Shown here: positions 19,693-28,071 of the stretch, one piece after another
How positions within the stretch are numbered: the first letter of the stretch is position 1
How the letters are laid out: the number at the start of each line of letters is the position of its first letter
Assembly: GCA_965242865.1 (NCBI GenBank)
Contig: CBDETK010000013.1
Span: 864,001-928,000, forward strand
From: Candidatus Latescibacterota bacterium
GTDB lineage: Bacteria > Latescibacterota > UBA2968 > UBA8231
DNA: 64,000 nucleotides
Direction: 5' to 3'
Program-made: the position numbers and the translations under genes
The notes under the pieces: model-generated
Databases searched by the model: none
What the model was told of the DNA's origin: nothing
Seen by the model: the letters and a program-made list of their open reading frames with translations, nothing else

Positions 19693-21205
19693 GCTGGGGT
19701 CGCTGTTTTTGCTGGGGGCGATTTTCTCGGCCGCGGCCTGCGCCATCGTCTATCAGCTGCTCATCGGCAGCGTAGCGTCCTACTTCCTCGGCAATAGCGT
19801 CGAGCAGTTTTCCCTGACGATCGGCTTTTTCCTCGCTGCGATGGGGCTGGGGTCGTGGCTTTCGCGCTTTGTCGCCGACCCCTCGCTGCTGACGCGGCTG
19901 GCCCAGCTAGAGATTTGGCTGGGTTTTTTGGGCGGGGTGTCGGTCGGCGTGCTCTACGTGCTCTACGGATACACGGACTCCTTTCGGGCCGGCATGTTGG
20001 CTTTGAGCACGGTGCTGGGCGCGTTGATCGGCCTCGAAGTGCCCCTGATCACCCGGCTGTTGCGCGGGCAGGGGACGCTGCGCGCGGCGCTGTCGAATGT
20101 GTTGTCCCTCGATTATTTAGGGGCCTTGGTCGCCTCCTTGCTCTTCCCGTACATCCTGTTGCCCTTCCTCGGCAGCCTGCACACGGCGTTGGTCGCCGGC
20201 TTGGTCAACGCTGTCCTCGGCCTCGGCGTGGTGCTCGCGTTTAAGGCCGAGTTGGTAGCGCAGGGGGCCTTTCGCGGGCTCGGGGCACAAGCCCTCGGGG
20301 TGATTGCGGTGCTCGGGGCGTTGGCTTGGCAGGGGGAGGAGCTGCGGGCGCGGTGGGAAAGCGACCTGTACGCAGACCGCATCGTCCACAGCGAGCAATC
20401 GGCCTATCAGCAAATCGTCCTGACCCGGCGCGACGACCACCTGCGGCTCTATCTCAACGGGCACCTACAATTCGCCTCCATTGACGAGTACCGCTACCAC
20501 GAGGCCCTAGTCCATCCGGCCTTGGCCCTGACGCCCGCCCGCGAACGGGTGCTCATCATCGGCGGCGGCGACGGCCTAACCGCGCGCGAGGTGCTCAAGT
20601 ACGAGGACGTCGAGCACGTCGATGTAGTCGATCTCGACCCGGCGGTAACGCGGTTGGCCCAGCGCAACCTCCATCTGACCCGGCTCAACGACAACGCGCT
20701 GAATCGCCGCCGAGTGCGCGTGATCAACGAAGACGGCTTGGTCTTTTTGCAGCGCGCCCACGTGCCGTACGGCGCGATCCTAATGGACCTGCCCGACCCT
20801 CGCGAGGAGAGCTTGGCCAAGCTCTATTCGGTCGAAGCCTATCGGCTGTGCCGCAAGCTGCTCGGCCCGCACGGCGTCTTGGCGACCCAAGCCTCGAGTC
20901 CGTATCACGCGCGCGCGGCGTATTGGAGCATTGCCGTCGCCTTGGAGGAAGCGGGCTTTGCCGTCCACTCCTATCACTTGCCCGTGCCCTCTTTTGGCGA
21001 GTGGGGATTCCACTTGGCCGGCAAAGCCGGGCTGGACCCGACGGCCGTCGCCTTTGCAGTGCCCACGCGCTACATCGACCGCCAAGTCTGGGCGGCCCTC
21101 GCGGTTTTCGACGGCGATATGGCCCGCGTGCCCGTGCAGGCCAACCGACTTGATAGGCCGGTGTTGGCGCGTTATTATCGACGCAGTTGGGGTACTCAGT
21201 TTTGA
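19685..21205 (+). CDS. speE: Membrane-fused polyamine aminopropyltransferase (spermidine synthase)
   Basis: About 7 N-terminal TMs; DEYRYHEALVHP, LIIGGGDG, MDLPDP, VPSFGEWGF. Confidence 0.92.
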   Translation: MPRLGSLFLLGAIFSAAACAIVYQLLIGSVASYFLGNSVEQFSLTIGFFLAAMGLGSWLSRFVADPSLLTRLAQLEIWLGFLGGVSVGVLYVLYGYTDSFRAGMLALSTVLGALIGLEVPLITRLLRGQGTLRAALSNVLSLDYLGALVASLLFPYILLPFLGSLHTALVAGLVNAVLGLGVVLAFKAELVAQGAFRGLGAQALGVIAVLGALAWQGEELRARWESDLYADRIVHSEQSAYQQIVLTRRDDHLRLYLNGHLQFASIDEYRYHEALVHPALALTPARERVLIIGGGDGLTAREVLKYEDVEHVDVVDLDPAVTRLAQRNLHLTRLNDNALNRRRVRVINEDGLVFLQRAHVPYGAILMDLPDPREESLAKLYSVEAYRLCRKLLGPHGVLATQASSPYHARAAYWSIAVALEEAGFAVHSYHLPVPSFGEWGFHLAGKAGLDPTAVAFAVPTRYIDRQVWAALAVFDGDMARVPVQANRLDRPVLARYYRRSWGTQF

Positions 21206-21218
21206 AAGGATGTGCCTT

Positions 21219-21773
21219 ATGGGTTTGCGGAAATGGTTCGGAGGTCGCCAAGACCAAGACCAAGACGAACCGGCGTATGAGGAGTACTCGCTCCACACCA
21301 TGCGAGTGGGGTTCTTAGTCGATTACGACCTCAAAACGTGGCAAGTCACCGGCCGGGGAAGCTACGACTACGACGGCTATGCGACCGAGGAATGGGAATT
21401 GCAGGCCGATGGGCAGGTCTGCTTCCTCGAGCGCGCCGAAGAAAACGGCCAAGCCCATTGGACCCTGACGCGGGCGATTGGCCTCGACGAAATCGAAGGC
21501 GATGTGGCCGCGGCCATTATCGCCGACGGCGATCCGCCGGCAATAGTACAGTTTGCCGGCGACGAATACGTGGGGAGCGAGAGCGAGGCCGGCCTGTACC
21601 GCAAAGAGGGCGTCGCTGGGGAGCGCGAATTTGTCAATTGGTCGTTTGAAGGCCATGAAGGCCAAGTGCTTTTTATTAGCCAGTGGGGCGAGCGCACCTT
21701 TGCCGCGTACGCCGGCTTGGAGGTAGAGGAATACCAATTCACCGACATCCTGCCGGTGGCGGAGGGGGCTTAA
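21219..21773 (+). CDS. DUF4178-like protein
   Basis: VGFLVDYDLKTWQV...EW; family assigned from motif recall and speE/DUF350 context. Confidence 0.7.
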   Translation: MGLRKWFGGRQDQDQDEPAYEEYSLHTMRVGFLVDYDLKTWQVTGRGSYDYDGYATEEWELQADGQVCFLERAEENGQAHWTLTRAIGLDEIEGDVAAAIIADGDPPAIVQFAGDEYVGSESEAGLYRKEGVAGEREFVNWSFEGHEGQVLFISQWGERTFAAYAGLEVEEYQFTDILPVAEGA

Positions 21774-21774
21774 C

Positions 21775-22476
21775 ATGGCTTGGCGCGTAGCGGCCTTAGC
21801 GTTGCTGATGGCCTGTGGGGGGGCCAAAGACCCGGTAAAAGAGCTGGTGCGCGACTTAGATCGCTACCCGGAATACTCCCTAATCGTCGATGATACCCGC
21901 ATTGAAGAGGGGTCGCTGTTTCCCAACTACGCGCTGCGCTTTCAGGTGCTGACTGCTTCGGGCCAGCGCGTGGCCGGGCGCGATACCATCGTCTATCAGG
22001 AGCGGCGCACGGATTGGCTGAAGGTCCGCGAAGAGACCTTCTACCGCTACGACAACTACGTCGGCATGGTCGTGGCCTCCAAGTCGCTCGACGGCCGCCG
22101 CACCGGCGCCAATCAAGCACACCCACCCGGCTATCAGTACGTCGGCAACCCCCAGTACGGCTTCTGGGGCGGCGGCGGGTTTTGGCAGTTCTACGGCCAG
22201 TACGCGTTGATGCGCGACCTAATGGGCGGGTGGGGCGTTGGCCGGGGCGATTGGGAGGACTATCGCCGCAATCGGGAACGGGGCCGGCCGTACTACGGGC
22301 CGGTGCAAGGGGGCCGGCCCACCTTTGGCTCGCGCGGCTCGCAAACCCAAAAGACGCGGCCGCAATTCTACCAACGTCAGCAAAGCCGCCGCCAGGCCTT
22401 TAGCGGCCAAGTCAAAAACCGCATGGGCCGCACCACTTCCGGGTGGGGACGCGGCTCCTCGCGCTTTGGAAAATAG
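21775..22476 (+). CDS. Lipoprotein with Gly/Arg-rich low-complexity tail
   Basis: LLMAC lipobox; PPGYQYVGNPQYG.W...FWQFYGQYA; RG-rich C-terminus ending FGK. Confidence 0.7.
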   Translation: MAWRVAALALLMACGGAKDPVKELVRDLDRYPEYSLIVDDTRIEEGSLFPNYALRFQVLTASGQRVAGRDTIVYQERRTDWLKVREETFYRYDNYVGMVVASKSLDGRRTGANQAHPPGYQYVGNPQYGFWGGGGFWQFYGQYALMRDLMGGWGVGRGDWEDYRRNRERGRPYYGPVQGGRPTFGSRGSQTQKTRPQFYQRQQSRRQAFSGQVKNRMGRTTSGWGRGSSRFGK

Positions 22477-22486
22477 GGGGAACCCA

Positions 22487-23329
22487 GTGGACACTCTAGT
22501 GCTGATGGCCCAAACCGTTGTCTATCTCTTAGAGGCTTTTGTCCTGCTCTTTGTGGCCAAGCAGGTCTATGCCCGGGTGTTTCGGCGGGTCGATCTCAAA
22601 GACGAACTCTACGGCCGCAACAACCACGCGCTGGCCGTTGCGGTGAGCGGCTATTGCCTGGGGATTTGCTTGGCGCTGGGCGGGGCGTTGAGCGGCCCTT
22701 CGCTCGGTTGGCAAGCCGATCTGGTGGGCATCGCCCTGTACGGGATCTTGGCGATTGTCTTGATGCTCGTCGCCGGCGTGGTCTGCGAGCGGGTGCTCCT
22801 GCCGCACTTTGACAACCGCAAGGAAGTCATCGCCGATCAGAATATGGGGACGGCCTTTGTCGAGGCCGGGATGCACATTGCCAACGGCCTGATCGTCTTG
22901 GCTATCGTGCAGGGCGCGGGGCCGCTGTGGAGCGGCGTGGCCTTCTGGCTGTTGGCCCAAGTGGTGCTCGTGATGGCGGGGCTGCTCTACGAGTGGATCA
23001 CCCCGCATTCGGTCCACCGCGAACTGGAGCGCGATAACGCGGCGGTCGGCTTGGCCTTTGGCGGCGTGTTGGTGGGCATGGGCAACATCGTCAGCATTGC
23101 CGTGGCCGGCGATTACGCCGGGTGGCTCGTCGGCCTCCAAACCTTTGGCGTGGATGTGGGCTTTGGTTTTGTCGCGCTCTACGCGATCCACAAGTTGACC
23201 GACGCGCTTTTGGCCCCCCGAGTGCGCTTGGGGGCCGAGCAGGTCGAGGAGCAGCCGAATGTGGGGGCTGGGCTCATTGAGGCGTTTGGGTACGTGGGGG
23301 GGTCGATGTTGATCGTTTGGATTTTTTGA
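22487..23329 (+). CDS. Tandem DUF350 membrane protein
   Basis: Repeated EL/EV...NxA/G(L/V)A motifs with TM helices; GTG start after GGGGG. Confidence 0.8.
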   Translation: MDTLVLMAQTVVYLLEAFVLLFVAKQVYARVFRRVDLKDELYGRNNHALAVAVSGYCLGICLALGGALSGPSLGWQADLVGIALYGILAIVLMLVAGVVCERVLLPHFDNRKEVIADQNMGTAFVEAGMHIANGLIVLAIVQGAGPLWSGVAFWLLAQVVLVMAGLLYEWITPHSVHRELERDNAAVGLAFGGVLVGMGNIVSIAVAGDYAGWLVGLQTFGVDVGFGFVALYAIHKLTDALLAPRVRLGAEQVEEQPNVGAGLIEAFGYVGGSMLIVWIF

Positions 23330-23359
23330 ATGAATTGTGCCGTCATATTGCGTCTGGGC

Positions 23360-23477
23360 GCGGGGGCCGGTCGGGGCGCGGTCGGGGCACGGCCCCCTGT
23401 CGGGGCACGGGGGCCCCGACCTACGACGGTGCCGTTGGTTTTGTTGGGGTGCGGGGGTTCGTCGGGGCCCGACCTGC
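23360..23477. repeat. Cluster of degenerate GC-rich REP-like units between convergent genes
   Basis: gtcggggc repeated four times, including gtcggggcacgggggccccgacctac and gtcggggcccgacct hairpins. Confidence 0.55.
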
Positions 23478-24473
23478 GCGGTGCCATTGCCACAGCAGGG
23501 TTGGGGTGCCGATGAGGATGTAGGTCAGGGTTGCTAGGGCGTGGGTTAAGGTTGCACAGGCCAAAGCGGTGGCGAGCGGCACTGCGTAGAGGCGGTGTAG
23601 GGCCTCGCCGAAGAGGAAATGATACGAGCCGATTGCCCCGGGCGTTGGAATGATCACGCCGATGGACGATATGGCCATGACCGCCAGCGCCGCGGCCGCG
23701 TCGAGGTCGTACGGTTGGTGCAAATTCATGCCGATAAAGGCCGCATAGATAATAAACACGTAAGCCGCGTTGAGCAGGATTGAGCTGACGAGGATTTCAA
23801 GGTATGCGGTGGGCTGTTGCCGCAGCGCGGAAAGCCCGCCGATGAAGGTCTCGAGGATTTGGAGGACCCGCTCGCCGCGGCCCCAAGCGAGCCGCCCCAG
23901 CAGCGGCCGCATTCCAGCCAAAATTCTTTCCCGATACACCGATACCAAAACCAAGGCACTCAGCGCGACCAAGCAGGCGGCTAGGGCCAATAGGCCGATG
24001 GCGTCTCGGTCTGCGGCCGGGATCCAAAGCACGGGCCGGGCAATATCTATATAGACGATGAGCCAGAACAAGACGATGAGCCAAAACAGATCGAGGATGC
24101 GCTCCACCACTATCGTGGCCATCAAGGCGCTGATGCTCGCTCCGGTGGTCCACTTGAGGCTGACGCACCGCAAGACCTCGCCCGAGCGCGGCACGGCCAC
24201 ATTGGCCGCGTAGCATATAGCCAAGGCGAGCGATGCGTTGAGGGTGCTCACTTGCGGGGCAAAGGGCCGCATGAGGACCAGCCAGCGCCAAGCCCGCAAG
24301 CCCAAGGTCCCCAGCGTTGCGGCGCAGAGGACCGCGGCCCAAACCGGCGAAATGCCGGTCATGGCGTCCCAGAGTTCCCGGCGATTTATCCCCTCAAAGG
24401 CCCAATAGATAAAAAGCCCCATTAAGCCTAGGCTCAGTCCGTACTGGAGGGCTTGTTTTAGTCGCTTGTGCAT
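23421..24473 (-). CDS. Lysylphosphatidylglycerol synthase TM-domain (flippase-like) protein
   Basis: RAWRW, PRSGEVLR, VERILD, PTPGAIGSYH motifs. Confidence 0.85.
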   Translation of the reverse strand: MHKRLKQALQYGLSLGLMGLFIYWAFEGINRRELWDAMTGISPVWAAVLCAATLGTLGLRAWRWLVLMRPFAPQVSTLNASLALAICYAANVAVPRSGEVLRCVSLKWTTGASISALMATIVVERILDLFWLIVLFWLIVYIDIARPVLWIPAADRDAIGLLALAACLVALSALVLVSVYRERILAGMRPLLGRLAWGRGERVLQILETFIGGLSALRQQPTAYLEILVSSILLNAAYVFIIYAAFIGMNLHQPYDLDAAAALAVMAISSIGVIIPTPGAIGSYHFLFGEALHRLYAVPLATALACATLTHALATLTYILIGTPTLLWQWHRAGRAPTNPRTPTKPTAPS

Positions 24474-24493
24474 CGGGCTAGCAATACAAAGGT

Positions 24494-25114
24494 TCAAGCC
24501 TGTACGGGTTGAATTTTGCCCATGCGCTCTAGTAGGTCGATGATCTGTGCGGCCGCCTCGGCGGGCGTTGAGGTGTTGGTTTTGATGACCAGCTCGGGGT
24601 TTTCTGGTTCTTCATAAGGGTCTGAAACCCCGGTAAAATTGGGTATTTCACCGGCTCGGGCCTTTTGGTAGAGGCCCTTGGGATCGCGCTCGGCGCATAC
24701 TTCGACCGGGGCGCTGACAAAAATTTCCACGAAGTCGCCCGCGGCCATAAGGGCCCGGACCCCGTGGCGGTCGGCGCGATAGGGGCTGACAAAGCTGGCA
24801 AAGGTGAGGAGCCCTCCATCGACCAAGAGCTTTCCCACCTCCCCGACCCGCCGGATATTTTCCTGCCGGTCTTCAGCGGAAAAGCCCAAGTTCTTATTGA
24901 GCCCAAAGCGGATGTTGTCGCCGTCTAGCACATAAGCCAAGTGGCCGCGGGCGGCCAAGGCGTGTTCGGTCGTATAGGCAATCGTGCTTTTGCCGGAACT
25001 GGGCAACCCCGTCAGCCAGAGCAACACCCCTTGTTGGCGCAACAGGCGTTCGCGTTGTGCGCGGCTGACATGGCCCTCGTGCCGGACGATATTGGTCGCT
25101 TTAATAGCGGTCAA
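24494..25114 (-). CDS. cysC: Adenylyl-sulfate kinase
   Basis: WLTGLPSSGKST, LDGDNIR, RDPKGLY, FTGVSDPYE. Confidence 0.95.
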   Translation of the reverse strand: MTAIKATNIVRHEGHVSRAQRERLLRQQGVLLWLTGLPSSGKSTIAYTTEHALAARGHLAYVLDGDNIRFGLNKNLGFSAEDRQENIRRVGEVGKLLVDGGLLTFASFVSPYRADRHGVRALMAAGDFVEIFVSAPVEVCAERDPKGLYQKARAGEIPNFTGVSDPYEEPENPELVIKTNTSTPAEAAAQIIDLLERMGKIQPVQA

Positions 25115-25316
25115 AGTTCACCTCGTACGGTTAGGGGAATACGTTTCAGCGGAACTCACAATAACGACCATGCCGCCTCGATTCGTCAAGGAATGGGCCG
25201 CGCGGCGAGCAGGGCTGTTTTATTTGACGTTTAACGATTTATATATTTATATAAGTGGCAATTCACAGTACCAGTACAAGACGAGCGCATCTCATCAACC
25301 TAGAGGAGGCAAGCGT

Positions 25317-26267
25317 ATGAAAATTGCAATTAGCATCACTTGTGCGGCCCTGCTGGCGGCAACGGCGAGCGAAGGGGTTGTGAACATTCAGAATGTCGGT
25401 TCGGGTGCTCGGGCGCAGGGGTTGGGCAACAGCTTCGTGGCGGTGGCAGACAATGCAGATGCCGTGTTTGCCAATCCGGCGGGGTTGGGTCAGGTGTCGG
25501 GTCGTCAGGTTTCCTACACGAACGTGTCGCTGTTGTATGTGGGGATCGACGGCAATGATCTGGGGCAGCACGTGGTTTCGTATGCACAGCCGCTGGGCGA
25601 CAAGCTGGGGCTGGGGTTGGGCTATGAGCGGATCGGATCGTCGCTGATGAGCGAGAACGGGGCGTTTGTGTCGGTGTCGTATCAGGTGCAGCGTCGGCTG
25701 CAGGTGGGGGTGTCGGCCAAGTATTTGTTTTGGAGTGTCGGCGCGATTCCTCCCGATAATGGGCGGCCGGATCCGGTATCGAACCAGAGCGCGGGCAATG
25801 TGGGCTTGGATTTGGGGTTGTTGTGGCAGAGTCCGGTGGCTGGGGCGCAGGTGGGGGTGTTGTTGAAGAACATCAATCAGCCGAATGTGAAGTGGGGCGA
25901 GGTCAAAGACGCCAGCGGCCAGGTGGATTCGGATGCGGGTGGGTTGCCGATGGACGTGCATATTGGGGTGGGCTATCGTCTGAGCAGCCAGTCGTTGGTG
26001 TCGGTTCAGTATGTGCGTCACGATGTGACGGGGGATGGTTCGGACAACAGGGTGGTGGTTGGGGGGGAGACGCAGTTGTTGGAGGGGCTGGTGTTGCGTG
26101 CGGGGGGTCGTCGTTTGCTGTCGGATTCAGAGGATTCGGGTGCGGGCTTGAACGCGGGGTTGGGGTATCAGTGGAACCAGTTGGTGTTCGATTATGCCTA
26201 TGACATCGGCTTGGAGTTGACCGATACCAATGGAGCGCACCGGTTCTCCTTTGCCTACGAATTCTAA
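25317..26267 (+). CDS. Outer-membrane beta-barrel, PorV/PorQ-like
   Basis: Signal peptide; GARAQGLGNSFVAVADNADAVFANPAGL; C-terminal HRFSFAYEF. Confidence 0.8.
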   Translation: MKIAISITCAALLAATASEGVVNIQNVGSGARAQGLGNSFVAVADNADAVFANPAGLGQVSGRQVSYTNVSLLYVGIDGNDLGQHVVSYAQPLGDKLGLGLGYERIGSSLMSENGAFVSVSYQVQRRLQVGVSAKYLFWSVGAIPPDNGRPDPVSNQSAGNVGLDLGLLWQSPVAGAQVGVLLKNINQPNVKWGEVKDASGQVDSDAGGLPMDVHIGVGYRLSSQSLVSVQYVRHDVTGDGSDNRVVVGGETQLLEGLVLRAGGRRLLSDSEDSGAGLNAGLGYQWNQLVFDYAYDIGLELTDTNGAHRFSFAYEF

Positions 26268-26290
26268 AGGGCTATTCTTGGGGTGAATGC

Positions 26291-26328
26291 AAAAGGGCCG
26301 GCCTTCTTGGGCTGGCTTTTTTGTTTTT
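26291..26328 (+). terminator. Probable intrinsic terminator
   Basis: ggccggcc-ttcttg-ggctggct stem followed by T-run. Confidence 0.55.
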
Positions 26329-26348
26329 AAGTGGAGGAGTTCGTGCGC

Positions 26349-27245
26349 GTGAAAATTGGAATCAGCATCCTCTGCCTAGTCGTACTCGCCACTGCGAGTA
26401 GCGGATTTGTCAATATCCATGTTTTTAGCCCCGGCGTTCGGTCTCTAGGGCTAGGCAACAGCTTTGTGGCGGTGGCGGACACTCCAGAAGCGGTGTTTGC
26501 CAATCCGGCGGGGTTGGGGCAACTGCGGCGGCGGCAGGCGACCTTTGCGTACTGGAACATGAACGAGGATATGGGGCAGTATATGGCATCATTTGGCATG
26601 CCACTAAATGCAAAGTTGGGGTTAGGGTTGGGCTATGAGCGGATTGCCTCGTCGCAGATGAACGAGAACGGGGCGTTTGCGTCGCTGTCGTATCAGGCCG
26701 TAAGGCGGCTGTACGTAGGGGTCTCGGCCAAGTACCTGTTTTCGATCATTAGCCCAAAGATCTTTGAGGGGGACCTACCAACGGCATCGTGGGTTGATGT
26801 GGGCTTGTTGTGGCAAAGCCCGTTTCCCGGGGCGCAGATGGGCTTGTTCTTAAAAAACGTGTATCAGGCCAGCGGGAAAAAGGATGCCGGGCAGAAAGAG
26901 AGAGAGGTGCATCTAGGGGCTGGATATCGGGTGGGGACGCGGGCGTTGCTGTCCGTGCAGTATGCACAATACCATGGGACTCCTTCTCAGCGTCGGTGGA
27001 TGATAGGCGGGGAGTATTACTTGCTAGAGGGGTTGGTTCTTAGGGCGGGGAGGGAGCATGAGTTCAACCGCTATGAGTCCGACCTCAACGGCCTCGACGG
27101 CAGAGTGTGGTTGAGCGTGGGCGTGGGGCTTCGATTGGAGTATCGGGCGGTTGGGCTGTTGTTGGACTATGCCCATCGCGGCGGTGCGGGGGGATGGTGG
27201 TGGGAATTATCGCCGCACCGATTTTCCCTTGCCTGTGAGTTCTAA
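26349..27245 (+). CDS. Second PorV/PorQ-like beta-barrel, tandem paralog
   Basis: GVRSLGLGNSFVAVADTPEAVFANPAGL; ends HRFSLACEF; clear DNA similarity to upstream gene. Confidence 0.78.
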   Translation: MKIGISILCLVVLATASSGFVNIHVFSPGVRSLGLGNSFVAVADTPEAVFANPAGLGQLRRRQATFAYWNMNEDMGQYMASFGMPLNAKLGLGLGYERIASSQMNENGAFASLSYQAVRRLYVGVSAKYLFSIISPKIFEGDLPTASWVDVGLLWQSPFPGAQMGLFLKNVYQASGKKDAGQKEREVHLGAGYRVGTRALLSVQYAQYHGTPSQRRWMIGGEYYLLEGLVLRAGREHEFNRYESDLNGLDGRVWLSVGVGLRLEYRAVGLLLDYAHRGGAGGWWWELSPHRFSLACEF

Positions 27246-27454
27246 GAAGCGGTCTGCTCCGCAAACCCTGCTTTGGGCTGCATGAACGACCGTCCAGTGG
27301 TCTTAACATCGCCCATTTTTGTAGGGCGAGATGTCCTTGAGAGTAGCGGCGTTTCGTCCCTTGCGTCCAAACGATCGTTGCCGTAGCAGTAAGCAGGTTG
27401 CGGCTTCTGCGTTTAGGCTCTTAATTATGGCCCGACGGCAAATAACCTAAATCA

Positions 27455-27518
27455 GGGGCAGGCCCCCGTGCCTGTCCGTTAGAATTTCGTTGGGGCAGGC
27501 CCCCGTGCCTGCCCGTTA
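27455..27518. repeat. Two tandem 27-bp GTAG-type REP-like units
   Basis: ggggcaggcccccgtgcctg(t/c)ccgtta at 27455 and 27492. Confidence 0.8.
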
Positions 27519-27650
27519 CAGCGGCAAATTTGGCACGATCGGTTGACGTAATGAACGAGACGATGGTTAAGCATTTCACATCAGACCGGGGCCTTGCTGT
27601 GGGGCAAAACCCTGTTGGGTGCTTGGATTCATCGTCAAATTTAATGTGTC

Positions 27651-27691
27651 GTAAGTCCTTGAAAAACAACGACTTACCCCCCCCCCCCCCC
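27651..27691. promoter_or_regulatory. 11-5-11 palindrome abutting a C15 homopolymer
   Basis: gtaagtccttg-aaaaa-caacgacttac, then C at 27677-27691; function inferred only. Confidence 0.5.
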
Positions 27692-28071
27692 GAAAATTCT
27701 CCGCTAGCACCAAGCACTAAACGCTCTACTTCTCAGCATAGGCCGCCGGATCGTGCGCGGCTGTTGGGCGTCGCGCCGGTCTGGCCGCGCGGCCCCAAAC
27801 TGCACACGGCCGGTCGGCCTTCGTCTGTACGCCGTGTACGTCGGCTGGGGCCGATCCAAAGTACCGCCCTAGGGCGAGCCCGGCCGCGCCATTCCCATTC
27901 TTCCTCACGATACGACCCACCACTCGCCTTCCAACGATCGCGGACATCCTGTCCTCGTCGAAGGCGAGACGCCCTCCAGCCCGGATTCATCGAGAACAGC
28001 AGAAAAGGCGTCCGCAAAGTAGGGGTCGTGTACTCAGCTCTTCTTCTAACCGCCATACAAAGGAGCAAAAA

